Source: Botryllus schlosseri (lineage: Eukaryota). From it: a stretch of DNA of 64,000 nt. Positions 44,100 to 57,600 of the stretch are shown piece by piece. The DNA lies in contig CM119372.1 of the NCBI GenBank assembly GCA_051294905.1, positions 12,898,001 to 12,962,000 of the forward strand, read 5' to 3'. The notes under the pieces are model-generated. The model saw nothing but the letters and a program-made list of their open reading frames with translations. It was not told the DNA's origin and did not search any database. Made by a program: the position numbers and the translations under genes. The number at the start of each line of letters is the position of its first letter. The stretch's first letter is position 1.

Positions 44100-45973
44100 G
44101 CAAACTTGAACATAAAACAGCGAATTTAGCAGCAACAAACACTGTCGTTTTGGATAACGGATATGTATTCCGTAGCAACCGTCAATCATGTAAAGTGTAA
44201 TTCCGTAGGCTTATCCACTTGAGTATTTCTGCGCGTTCAGTATGTGGGTATAGGTCATTCACGGCGTAACGTGACTATATTGCTCGCAATCACAAGATTC
44301 GGTGTCCTAAACATAAAATATACGCGAAAACTAAAAAGTACCAAATTCATATCTCAGTTCCAATGCAGTCACTGTTCTTAACATTTCATTGACTTCTTAT
44401 ACCACCTCTTTATGTCGCTTGTCTTTTAATGTTGTCTTCTGTTACTTTTGACACAGTGTGCATGCCGCCTCTTTACTTCGCGTAGAGACGGTTTCGACCT
44501 CTTCCTATCTTTTCTTTGTTTCGCAATCTTGTGGTGTATTGATTTGATAAAATTGTTAATAAACCGAACTGAACAATTGCAGGTTTGGATGATATTATGA
44601 TTTGACATATGAGTACGGTCGCGTTTAAAACAAAAGACGTGGTTTTAAATCAATGGTTCTTAACCTTTACTAACACGTAGAACACTGCAGACCTTCGCGG
44701 AACCCCGAATTTTCGCCGAGAGTCACAAAAACCAAAATCTGTCACCTTGCACATCCAACTAAAGACATCTAATACGTTACTATACATTGCTGGAGCGAAA
44801 AATGAACTGTGCACCAACAGAGTGTTAAATGAACAAAACTATTGAAATAAGTTTTCACACAAAACGATATCATTAATGAATCGCTGACCTCACTGCATAT
44901 GCAGTGTCGCACGAAAAGCCCAGACGAAGCAAGTAAAGTCAAGCTTACGGAAATCGACTACAACTGACTCTGACGAGGACGTGTGCGAGAGAGATTGGAT
45001 GAGAGTGTGACTGAAAGTCGTCCGCAAAAATCGTATCACAAGCAAAGACCAAGCAAAAGGACAATATTCCTGATCGGGCGCAAATGACCTTATCGGCGAT
45101 AAGCGCCAAACAATTGTTCAATAAAATACAAATACAAATGACTGAATATTTATTGCAAATTAGCGTGTGGAGCGTAGCGGCGAGCGTCGGCGTCGGTCCC
45201 ACCGTTGGAGATTATTGTGGGCTTCTCGTCCCCAGTGTTGCTGTTCTTATAGCGACAAATTAAAAATAAAAAAGACCCGATAAAGAAAGAAAAGACCAAA
45301 AAATAGCTTCTCAAAGGACCGAAGAAGGAAGATTAGCATCGAAGAAGACTGCGTGACATCGGGCACTAGGTCGAGATGGATATCAGTGTAAGAGACCGTA
45401 ACTGGTCGTTCGGCATCTTTACATCGCATTGTGTGAATTGTATATCATCGCATTGTACATTATGTGTGTATTTCGTGGGCGGATGAAAATATTTCCTGAC
45501 GCTGATTGACTTTTGCTGTTCCCTAGCGAGGCATCACCTTGGAAAATGACATCGTATTGTTCCGACGTAATCCGCAGCGTGATACCAATTGCTTTACAAT
45601 TACATTATAATTATTGGAGATGGAATTGACACTTCGGAGAGACTGGATTTCGAATTCGAATCCCAACCTCCCTACGCCATTGCACACGACCTACCACCAC
45701 AAGTCATAATGGCTGATCGAGTCCTAAATGTCTGCAACTAACGATGACCAAGGCGGGCGTATCATTACAAATCATATGAGTGTGTGTCTTGACGTCCATG
45801 AAACCCCATGGCGAAAATCAACTCTGATTACGAGAGTTGAATTCGAGTACTTGAATTGCATTGCCTGGACGTTCCAGCCCATGGTGTAGGGTTACCCAAT
45901 ATTACCATATAGGGTTACCATATATCTCCTCCCTTTTCAGAAATTCGAAAATCTCCTCCGAGAACGCCTAGAT

Positions 45974-47112
45974 CAGGGCCGGCCAACCCGTGGCCCGCGA
46001 GAAGGTTTTGAGTGGCCCGCGAGGTAATTTCCGAAATTTGTAATATTATCAAAAATGGATTGCACAGATTGTGAACTTGCAAGGCCAACCAAAAATTTGA
46101 TTAGTCTGACCGCAACACTTGAGATGTAATGACTAAAATATCAGTTCCGACGCATTGGCAGATCCATGAACCGGTCACATTTTGGTAGATATTCGTACAC
46201 TACAATAAAGCAGAATAATTTGCGATAGATTTATCAAAAGTAAAAATGTTCTACACGCTTCGCGCAACATGTTGTCACTTGATTTCTTGCTTTTAATATT
46301 GTTACCCCTTTGTGAAAATGAAAGAGCTCCTAATGTATCAGATTGAGTCTAACTATATTCGCGATTACGAGACAAAGTGTCGTTCAGCATATGCGACCTT
46401 ACGTTTGCGCTTGCAGAAAGTCCGTCGACTATGAAACCTATATAGGCACAAAACGATTGACGCATGTTGGTCGAAGCTTTCGATATCTATATGTTCAAGC
46501 GCCGAATAGTCCAGTCCTTACAAACTGAGCCCTGCGATATGCAGCAGGCCCGCAATACAGTCAAGTGACCAGAGATGAGCGGATTTGAAATTTCTATGTC
46601 CTAATCCAATCCAAATCCGAACCTTCAAATCCAAATCCTAATCCATAACTTTTTCATATTCAAGTCCATGTCCAATCCCAATCCGATTCCAACTGGAAAT
46701 TCAGAAAAAATACTAATTTATGCAATGGAGGGATTCGAAAATTTTCTTTCACAACCAACGATTCACCTGATTCAAGATAACTTAGTAACCATAAGTACAT
46801 TAATAACTGATCTGAATAAAGTTCGTCGCCATTCGCCACACGACATTTCAATCTGCCAGAAAATAAGTAAATCCAATCCAAGTCCTAATCCGTTCTGAAA
46901 AAAATGTCTAATCCAAATCCAATCCAAATCCGACAAAATTTCACAAATCCTGTTTTTTCAAATCCTAATCCTAATCCATGCTCATCTCTGCAAGTGACGA
47001 TATTATTGACCTACGAACTTCGAAAAATTTTCGCGCTTGGCGCGGCTAGTGGCCCGCGCAATAGTTCGTCAATCGAATGTGGCCCTTTGGCTGAAAAGGT
47101 TGGCCACCCCTG
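45974..47112. mobile_element. hAT-type MITE hosting a nested MITE
   Basis: TIR cagggccggccaacc / ggttggccacccctg; TSD gcctagat / gcctatat; internal tggcccgcg repeats. Confidence 0.82.
46570..46990. mobile_element. Nested hAT-type MITE with (aatcc)-rich repeats
   Basis: TIR cagagatgagc / gctcatctctg; perfect TSD caagtgac. A related end is visible at about 63420-63515. Confidence 0.9.
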
Positions 47113-47564
47113 GCCTATATGTTCTCCTTTTGGGCAATTCGTTCTCCTTTATACCTCTGACAGCCAGGCCACTGGACAGGCAAAACTAAAAAGACGCCAT
47201 AACGCGAAATCCGTAATGTGGATGTTGGAGCTGGTCTTAAGGTAGTTGGACTCTACTAATGACATTTTTTAGTCAACACAGCAGTATTAATATAAAGTGG
47301 GTAATTCGGAATTCGAGTTGAAAAAACCACCATTTTTTAGTCAGAACAAGAGAATTTCCGGGTCAATATTTACAAATCAGTAGTTTTCTAGTGCGGTAAT
47401 CTAACTTTTATGATTTGTAAAATGTGTCCTCCTTTGAGGATCCCAAAATAGGGTAACTCTACATAATGCACATCGTATTACATGTGCTTAATTGCCGTTC
47501 TGGATAGCGAAAAATTTCCAGGCTACAGCTCTGTGATATATTCTTTGCTCCGCTCATTGTTCAT

Positions 47565-48227
47565 TAGGGCTCTTCAAAAATGACTTTTTTTCTCAATTCG
47601 TACTGGCTACTTGATAAAATTGTTAGGTTACCTGATTTAAGCCTACACGCAAAATTTGGTTCAATTCCAGCCAGTAACCGCTTTGCTACAGGAGAAGTAA
47701 GTTTCGATTTATTATATAAAGATAAATAATAAAACATTTGAAAATTTTCTGTTCACCCCATGAAAGTGTTAGGCTCTCTATAGAAACGATGCTCACCAAA
47801 TTTGGTTCAATTCCAACCCGTGGAAGCGGAGTTATTGCCGTCGAAAAATTTGGATTTGAATAAAATAGTATTTACGGTGACCGATTTTTTGTTTATTTAT
47901 TAAAGTTGTGCTCACCGTAAATACTATTTTATTCAAATCCAAATTTTTCGACGGCAATAACTCCGCTTCCACTGGTTGGAATTGAACCAAATTTGGTGAG
48001 CATCGTTTCTATAGAGAGCCTAACACTTTCATGGGGTGAACAGAAAATTTTCAAATTTTTTATTATTTAATTTTATATAATAAATATAAACTTACTTCTC
48101 CTGTAGCAAAGCGGTTACTGGCTGGAATTGAACCAAATTTTGTGTGTAGGCCTAAATTAGATAACCTAACAATTTTATCAAGTAGCCAGTACGATTTGAG
48201 AAAAAAAGTCATTTTTGAAGAGCCCTA
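47565..48227. mobile_element. Near-perfect palindromic (foldback) MITE
   Basis: Arms 47565-47880 and 47912-48227 are inverted repeats with few mismatches around a 31-bp loop; perfect TSD ttgttcat. Confidence 0.95.
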
Positions 48228-48645
48228 TTGTTCATGTGCACTTCTGCAGTGCATGTAATAAACCCTGACGTGGTGTACAGAATATAATCATATTCATTAC
48301 AACACTTTGGTATACGTGCGGAAGACCAGCTGATATTACAAATATTGTAGATAGAGCAATTGCTTTTAGATAGCTTTATTTCTCGACGACACCTTTAGGC
48401 ATTAAGACAAGAAGCGACATGCTTTCTCTTGTGACCATAACAATAATAAATCAAAATAAATGCACCCCTAATGGGTGGGCTCATGGGCTGTCACACGTAT
48501 ATACGGTTACAAATGAACTCTCTCGACCGATACATATTGACATATTTTAGTAACAATGATATCGTGGACACTGTACTATTAACAAATGTAGTGTAGCCTC
48601 TACATACAGTATGTGTAGTCTCACAATTCGAGGAATGCACTGTAA

Positions 48646-51600
48646 CTAGACATTTCCTATCATTTTCTTCATTTCCGATTCGCTTCCCAAAACCGCAACT
48701 TTTGTGTCCAGTCTTGACATTGAGGCGTTTTCACATTTCTGTAGAAGATTCACGATAGGCTACTTCATACATATAAGAACGCTCATGCACTATTATTGAA
48801 AATATGTATCAAATGTTGATAGAATGAAGATAATGAAGTTCGCTTAACACCAAGTTGTTCATGAGTTATCATAACCGGTGAGATGCTAACATTTCATCGT
48901 CGCAGCGGATCGGTCAATTTGTTTCTAAATGGCTGAGAATGTAATCATAGACTTATTTGACAACACGCATATCGCAATGACAATTGAAACTATCTCGCAT
49001 CAGTGAGAAGTGTGCCGCGGTTGGTTAAACGGTCATGATCACAGTGGCAGTTTGTAGGGATGGTGTGAACGTGAGGTTCACGTTCGCGTTCTGTGTGTGA
49101 ACCTCGGAAATTTAGAGGTTCGCGTTCACAACAGAACCTTGGTAGGTTCTGCACTGTGAACTTTTTGGTAAATTGTAATTTTCACTCCATTATAAGATCT
49201 TTGGCTCAAATTTATTGCATTTCAACTATACGGGCCACTCCATGCATGGTGCTGGCAGCATAAAAAATCAACGCTTAAAGAGCATGCACCATGCACCTCG
49301 ACAACCTTAAAAGTTTTAGTTGCTTTGTTACAAATATTTTCTCGGAATAACCAACTTTCCGTTTGTGAATATTTAGTGACTTTCTGCTGTGAGCTTGACC
49401 CGCAATCACACAACATCACGAGCGATATACGTAGTCAGCGAATGATGCTTATTCAACCAATCAATGACATTGATATCGTCTTCTGATGTAAAAATCGAAC
49501 GGGCGTACGGGGTCAATCTTGACTTCATATGTTTATTGTATCATTAAAACCAAATCCGTGCTAATAAGGTGCTTGCTACTGCTGCATAACTTGTTGTTGG
49601 TGGTGGTATCGGTAGCGAGTATAGAAACCCGTTGTACACTCTGCTCAATATCAATGTAGCAATACTCCGAACACATTGTCCGGTCTGGCTAAGACCGTTA
49701 AGGCGTAAGCTTATATTCCTTGGTAAGTCCTCGTCGAAATTGTTGACAAAGCGACGGAATGTATTGATTTTACGCAATTATTATATCCTTTGATTACCGC
49801 TGTTGATACATTTAGCGACGTTTAAAACGTCAATATGTGCTTCAGCATTGTGGCATTATGTGGACCGAGTCTTCGCTAGGTATCGTGTACATTAATATAG
49901 GCGATCACTTCATTGGAAGATAGGGTTGGAATTAGCAATATGACGTCACGTGACGTCACGAGGTTCACGTTCGTGTTCACACAGAACCTTTCAAAAAGGT
50001 TCGCGTTCACACGAACCTGAACCTTTCAGAGGTTCACACCATCCCTAGCAGTTTGTTTGAGCCCAGGTTCTCATTATCGTGTACGTGTCGGGGGTTAATT
50101 TGGCCACCTCCACGCCGGTTTCGCCGCAAATGCAGTACACTTAGAAGCCCAGTATGTATAAGTGGCCGAGCTAGACAAGTCGACAGCAAAGAACCCGAAT
50201 CAAAGGGTAAAAGTCGTCTAAAAGTGTTCGAAAAGCAAAGAATCCAATCCGATACCACGCCGTATCTAGGGCTACGCAAAATCGAGTATCACTCATTATG
50301 ACGTCACCGTGACCACAGTATCGATGAGGTATTATATTCAATAAGATAATACCTTTCGAAATGTTTCACCGGGAGATGTGTATACGACGTAGATTCCCAC
50401 AACCGGAATGCTCAGCATCGACATCAAGCTCAGAATCCAACCCACCCCGTCTCCCCACCACGGATAAGTGTAGCTTCCTAACGTTAAAGGCGTGTATTGG
50501 ACGCAGCATGTTATGAAAATGATCTGTGAGAGAACACAAACTTGCAAGTCGCCGATATTGTCAATTCCAAAGCCTTTTTACCAAGCAGAATGAAGGCGTT
50601 ACGTATTTGAAACAGTACTTGAACGCGTTTGACGGATAATAGCCAATCATGGATTTCACATCGTCCCAAAACCGATCAATCCCGTATACCCACCCGACTG
50701 CCATACTCTCGAATATGGCTGCCCACAGCAAAGCGATGCCACTTGCGCCATAGCGATTTATTATTTCGAAAATGTAAATCCCATTCTGTAAAAGAAATAA
50801 CTCTCGCTCATACTGAAGCAGGTCAGCTCGTGGCGTGGTATAGCCTATTACTTACATTCGCAAACTGAGGTAAACTTAATACAACCAAAGTCAAACAGAA
50901 TCCAGCCCTCCAGATCTGAGTACCTTTATGACTGAAGTATTGCGGCCAGTAATCCGCTAAAGCTGTCACGCTGCCTTCAACCACCGTGAACTGGATGTAA
51001 ATAATGACATATATATTCATATTCACCGAACCATGCTGAACAGCGTACGAGAACAAATGTAAAACTTACGACGCCGTCGATAGCGAGGAATGTGAGTCCT
51101 AGGAAAAACGCAGCGGCCCAGGCTTGAGGCGCAGGTAAAGTATTAAAAGCGTTCGGAAACACTATAAACACTAGCTCGGGACCTGTAACCAAAACGTAAT
51201 ATTTTAATTCAGATCATCTAGGGGTCGTACTCGTAACCCTGAATAACACTCGTGTGACTTTGTAAATAGTAGTCAATAGGGATGGTGTGAACGTTAGGTT
51301 CACGTTCGCGTTCTGTGTGTGAACCTCTGAAATTTAGAGGTTCGTGTTCACAACAGAACCTTGATAGGTTCTGCACTGTGAACCTTTTGGTAAATTGTAA
51401 TTTTCACTCCATTATAAGATCTTTGGCTCAAATTTATCGCATTTCAACTGCGGGCCACTCCATGCATGGTGCTGGCAGCATAAAAAATCAACGCTTAACG
51501 AGCATGCACCATGCACCTCGACAACCTTAAAAGTTTTAGTTGCTTTGTTGCAAAAATTTTCTCGGAATAACCAGCTTTCCGTTTGTGAATATTTAGTGAC

Positions 51601-54600
51601 TATCTGCTGTGAGCTTGACCCGCAATCACACAACATCACGAGCGATATATGTAGTCAGCGAATGATGCTTATTCGACCAATCAATGACATTGATATCGTC
51701 TACTGATGTAAAAAATCGAACGGGCGTACGGGGTCAATCTTGACTTCATATCTTTACTGTATCATTAAAACCAAATCCGTGCGATTAAGGTGCTTGCTAC
51801 TGCTGCATAACTTGTTGTTGTTTGTGGTATCGGTAGCGAGTATTGAAACCTGTTGTACACTCTGCTCAATATCAATGTAGCAATACTCAGACTCCGAACA
51901 CATTGTCCGGTCTGGCTAAGACCGTTAAGGCGTAGGCTTATATACTTTGGTAAGTCCTCGTCGCAATTGTTGGCAAAGCGACGGAATGTATTGATTTTAC
52001 GCAATTATTATATCCTTTGATTACCGCTGTTGATACATTTAGCGCCGTTTAAAACGCCGATATGTACTTCAGCATTGTGGCATTATGTGGACCGAGTCTT
52101 CGCTAGGTATCGTGTACATTAATATAAGCTATCACTTCATTGGAAGATAGGGTTGGAATTAGCAATATGACGTCACGTGACGTCACGAGGTTCACGTTCG
52201 TGTTCACACAGAACCTTTCAAAAAGGTTCGCGTTCACACGAACCTGAACCTTTCAGAGGTTCACACCATCCCTACTAGTCAACACCGTAACGAGGGTAAT
52301 ACGAAAAGTTGTTTGATATGCCGAGGCTTGCAGTTCAACATTGCACTTACCAGACTTGGACAACTAGAAACTTTTCAGTTTTTCCAAATTAGATTAGAAT
52401 TAGATTACTGGAATTTCGCTCTAATTTAGTGAAATCAGACAACTAGAATCATCTAGTTGACCAAGTCTGGCACTTATTGGTTGCACTTTCCTCGCGGCCT
52501 AGTCAATCATTCTGTTCAGTTGGCGTATTTTGTGATTATGATAAGTTATACAGCTTGACCTATGAAGTAGCTAAAGTATTTCACGTTCTACCTATGGAAT
52601 ATTGGCATCTTATCGTTTAAATTTGGTCAAGATAACACAGCTTCGGGATATGAAGTGTTGTAGACACAATTCCTATTCCGAAGTTGATATTGTCGAATTA
52701 AACTTTTACACTCTATCCTACCTTGTAAATTATCTCATTTGAATAGCTCTCGGCGGCAGCTTAGAATATATGTACGAGTAGATGGCCTAAGATCACAGCC
52801 GTCGTAGGAACCTCCTTGACAGGCCTGCTCCAATCATAGTACGCGTAGTCATATAGACCGTACCGACGACTCAAATAAGCGAGAGCATTATACATCAAAA
52901 CCACGACGTTTTACCAATTTCAAAAGTTTGGGAATCTTCATCATTGTCTGTTGTCGGCAACGCATACACAAAGGGCCATTCGCACACTTTTATAAACCAG
53001 CCTGGAATCGCAAATTACGTTAAATCGCAGACATGAATATAAAACCAATCCTTTATCGTTATCGAGCAAACTGACGTTAGCATTAGGACTGGACAGTTGA
53101 CATGGACGCAATGATTCGAGTGCTCAAATCTGAATCGCGAAATATAGTACTAATGATTCGAGTCGAGTGGTGAGAGATGATTTTTTTCGAGTACTGAAGT
53201 TATACGCTATTTGTCACTTCCACACCTACAAGGCTGTGGACCCCGATTTTTCGTATCGCAGCATACGAAACATCCAGTCTTGTAGTGCAAAGCTACGCAA
53301 GTACGCATGTTAGTGGAAATTATACATCTGTAGAGTCGTGTTATACAAAACCAAACACCAAAACTTTGCCAAGAGTTACCCAACGAAGACGGGTTTATGG
53401 AGTAATGATGATAGCAAGCTGAAATCTTCAGCAGCACTTGAAGGAACTGCTGCACACTGCACTGACATTATATCTGCCTGATTTCAAACACCTTGCAGCC
53501 CAGGTGGGGAGGCACTGTATCATTCGATAGCCTACATGACATTGTGACGTAATAAATTCGTATTTTTGTGTTGTTGCCCTTTTTAAAACTAAGATTTTTG
53601 ATGTGTGGCTTTCGCAAGAAGCAGGTCTTCCCACCCCTCAGATAGATGATTGTTGATATGCCTCTACTGCGAACCGGACACTTTAAATGTTTTGGGCAAT
53701 TTAAAATTTGATGTTAAGGTAGATAGTCTCGCGGCTCACCTCCATCAGCGATGTCTGAAACATTTTTGCCTTGAATAAACGCCATGTGACCGAGGAAGGA
53801 GAATACAACGAATCCAAAGAAAAGTGAGCTGAAGCAACAGGTCATCACAAAGAAGTACGAACTCCTAAATGCGATTGAATTTGTTTTATCAATACGCAAA
53901 TACTACAGTTGTCTTCATACTTGTAGCAATCGAAGGAAAATTTGTTGTAGCTGCCCATGCCGTAGAAGCACCCGTTACACACTGCCAAGGAGAAAATGAC
54001 CTGAGTTCCGCCGTCGAGCCAAACCTGTTGGAGGAATATACGTATAGAATAAATGGGCAATACGATGCAGAAGTAGACCATGTTCAATATACCGCCGGTT
54101 CCATTAGTTTTGTTACGTTTGGAGTAATGTAGAATCGAATGCCTTCACTCGCGCCTTCCAACGTTATCCCTCGTATGAAAAGTGCAAGCATCAGAACGTA
54201 GGGTGCGATTACAGTAACATAGGCAGCCTGAAAATACAAGTCACTTCGTTATGCACCATGGCGGCAGTGTGTGCCTAGATAGCAAAAGGAAATAAAGACA
54301 TGCAGTGGGTTTCTACATTACTCTATAATGTCATCGTCTCTTTTCTATGATACCACTTCACAGTGTCGTCGCCATTTCACTATAATCCAAAGCTCTTTTA
54401 CACTTCTATTAATTACACTGGTCAACAAAATGAAAAAAAAATTTTAGGCAGAACATCTGAGAGCCGTTTCTGGGGTTTTTTAGGTTGTTGATTACGAATA
54501 TCACATTAGTTTTGTCAGATTGGCTCTTTGTCAGAAGATATTCATACCCCTAAAAAAGCCCAAAATTACTGTGTTTACCCTTAAATATTTTTCACTTGGT

Positions 54601-57600
54601 ATAGGAAGAAAATCGTAGTTTTTTCTCATTTTATACTGCACATAAATAACTAATTGACTATGAAGAACCCTCATGTCATTCTCAGTCATTCTATCAATAA
54701 TAACATGACATGATGCGAAATATTTGTTTGTCAAAAAAGCAGTTTGTCAAGCCTAAAAATTGTACTTTTGCACAACGGAAATACATACTCTCCTGTATCA
54801 ATTGGTCATACTACCAAGAATAAAGAGGAGTATAAAACTATAAAATTTGTCCTTGGAAGGCTTAACTACAATACTCATATGCGTCTCCTTTCTTTTGACT
54901 GGTAAATGGATAATTTTCCGCTGAGTCAACAAAGTGGGTATACCTAGTAACCCTATCAAATGAGAAGCTTAAATATGGTATCCGGTATATTCGAATACCG
55001 ATGAAAGATTCCAATTTCACATTAGGAAGGAGTTCACTGCATGTAATTTCTCCTAAGACGTAGTAAATATAACTTTTTAGAGGATTGTAAAGCACCCAAC
55101 CACAAACAGTTGGTCTGAAAATTCGTATCTGCATATCGAATACTTAAGCACAAACATGAGCATAAAAGTTCACTTCCTGTTCAGAAATCTGGATCTATTT
55201 CCTGATCATCTTGTTGATTAGCAAAGGGAGGCGTTCTACCAAGACATCAGAACAAAAGAAAGATATCAGGGCAGATGAGATGAACAATTGAACATATTAT
55301 GTCAGACCATTGCCGGAACCTTTCAAGAAACTGCACTAAACAGCTTACAGGTAAAAATCTTACAACAAAAACAATTATGATTTAAAATATATCAATAATA
55401 TTATATTCCCACTGATTATTTCAAATTTAAAATAGGTGGTTGACGTAAAACTGATTGAATTAATGCCCCGTTATTTGAGTATCTAGGTAAATACTTATGT
55501 ACATGACTGGAGTTTATTTATGTACATGATATCCGTGAAAATCTGTAACGATGATGAATATATAACCTCTAAATATGGTGCTGTTGCTGTATTTTGATTT
55601 AAAAGAGTCTTCTGTGTGTAAAAATAACAAGTAGATTGATTTTCTAAACTTTATAATACGACTGAGCCGATTTTATATCTAGTCATTACCGCGAAAATGG
55701 GAGATTTTGGTCAAAATAGCCCCATGGATTATCTCCACAACAAGAGCCAATTTGATAAATCTAAGGTCGTATTCGGAATCAGTGCCCTTCAGAACCCCCA
55801 AAACCACCCTTACTTTGTCTGCCTAAAAATATGTGTTGACCAGTGTTTTCTCGCTCAATGCGCTTATCTATATCGTATCTTACGAGACTTCAATGTTTCA
55901 CGTTGTATCAATGGGTGGCTGGTATTTCTGTGAACAAGATTTCACAAGACCCCAACGATAAGTTATGTAAATGTCGCATTGCAATATTACCATGTTTCAC
56001 AAATGGTGGAGGGTTGCGATGCGAATGCGATGTTTGTGGGATAGGAATAATTGACCAACCGTCCCATTGCGTCATGCCTTTGATTTCAGAGAGAGGGGAT
56101 AGAGGCATCCTGACATTTAACGTCCTGGCTGCGGTAAAAATTGTTCTTATTCTGAAACGGTTCACCTGTCATGCTGCGAGCAGCGCAAGGCTGCAACACT
56201 TTTAAAACCACCGCGCTGCATATTGCATTTGTTGCAGTCAGAGGAGAATTTCTGATCTTTCTGCTTGTTCTTGTGCCACTTAAAACCCGGTATCCACGCC
56301 ATTTCTCAATTGATAACCCGCTAGAATTGTCTAATGATTGTGAGATCGGTAATTTATCTCGTATGAGGAGCTTGATTGATATATCCCAGAAGACTCTGTC
56401 AATTACTGCAACTGGTCGAAGAATTGGTATTCCGTTTGGATTGATGGCTTCCCGGATGTCAACTGATCGCTGCCAAATCCTAGACAACATAGGTGGATGT
56501 AACTCGGATGATTGCCACTTCGAGTCAAATTCATAGTCCGGATACCCTTTGTGTGGTCATTCGTAGAAGGTTCGTAGTTGATGCTGTTATTACACCATAA
56601 TCGTGGATCGCCTCAAGGCGAAAAAGGACATGATCCACTGGCCAGTGTATTAGCACTACGTTGCATATGTATCAGGTTTGAACATGGAAACCCGAATGTC
56701 GGCGGAATGATCTTGAGTTTTGACGCCCATAATTTTCAACGAGACGTTGCAAATAAACGTCAGACTGGCGATACAAAAGCGATGAACCCCGTTTGTGACT
56801 GACATGCGGCGCCCGCGTGATTAACGAGAACGTTGTCTGTTTCTACGCGGCAGTCCAATGGCACTGCTGCCGATTTCTAGGCGCACCAGCCTATCTAATG
56901 GGTTATCTACTGACGATACGTTGTAATTCAAGCAACCTTCCAACGAGTTTGATAAGGGACAAGTTCCACGTCAGAGATACGATCGAAATGAAGGTTGCAC
57001 TCACCTCACACGTACCAAGTAACAGCAACATAGTCCAACGTAAGAAATAACGTCAGATTTACAATTAACAAACAAACGAAATAACGTGAGATTTACAATT
57101 ACTTTGGCGACATGGTAAATAACCAACAACTGGTGATTCGCAAACGCTCTATATAGCGACGAGAGCAGCCAATCCGAGAAGGCTTAATTACAACTGATTG
57201 TTAAAATACGAACGCAAACATAGGCAGATAACTGACATGCGCAATTGCCAACACTCCCCCATTTGACCAATACCACTCAAAAGAATTTTATCCATGTAAT
57301 AAGTGTCAAGATAACGAATGAATTACTTGAAACGATAGACAGGTGTTCAGCCACTCTTATAAAGTGACGAACCTTCGTTGGAACAGAGAACGCAGTTTTA
57401 ACGTGAACAGTTTTTTCGGGTGGGTGACTCTGGATATCGGAATAATCTTGTCGCGTTGGTGATTGCGTCTGTTATTTTTTGACTTTTATTTTGCGTTCGT
57501 AATTTAACTATCACTCTCGGAAACAGAATCCAAGGATATCATACTGTTATGGAGCAAAGGTTCTCTATTCTGGAATACTCAAACTATTTTCACCATATTT

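Noticed and set aside
46590..46980. (aatcc)n runs and ORFs with NPNP repeats, telomere-like
   Set aside because: They fall entirely within a MITE with TIRs and a perfect TSD; the ORFs are translation artefacts.
49222..52004. Duplicated ORF pairs ([12 protein letters not shown]..., [10 protein letters not shown]...) suggesting a small gene family
   Set aside because: They come from the two copies of the same 1-kb MITE and show no recognisable protein features.
57240..57300. Minus-strand peptide [14 protein letters not shown] resembling SLC6 EL2, a possible duplicate exon
   Set aside because: No usable splice sites and no continued similarity; the true exon is 57611-57746.
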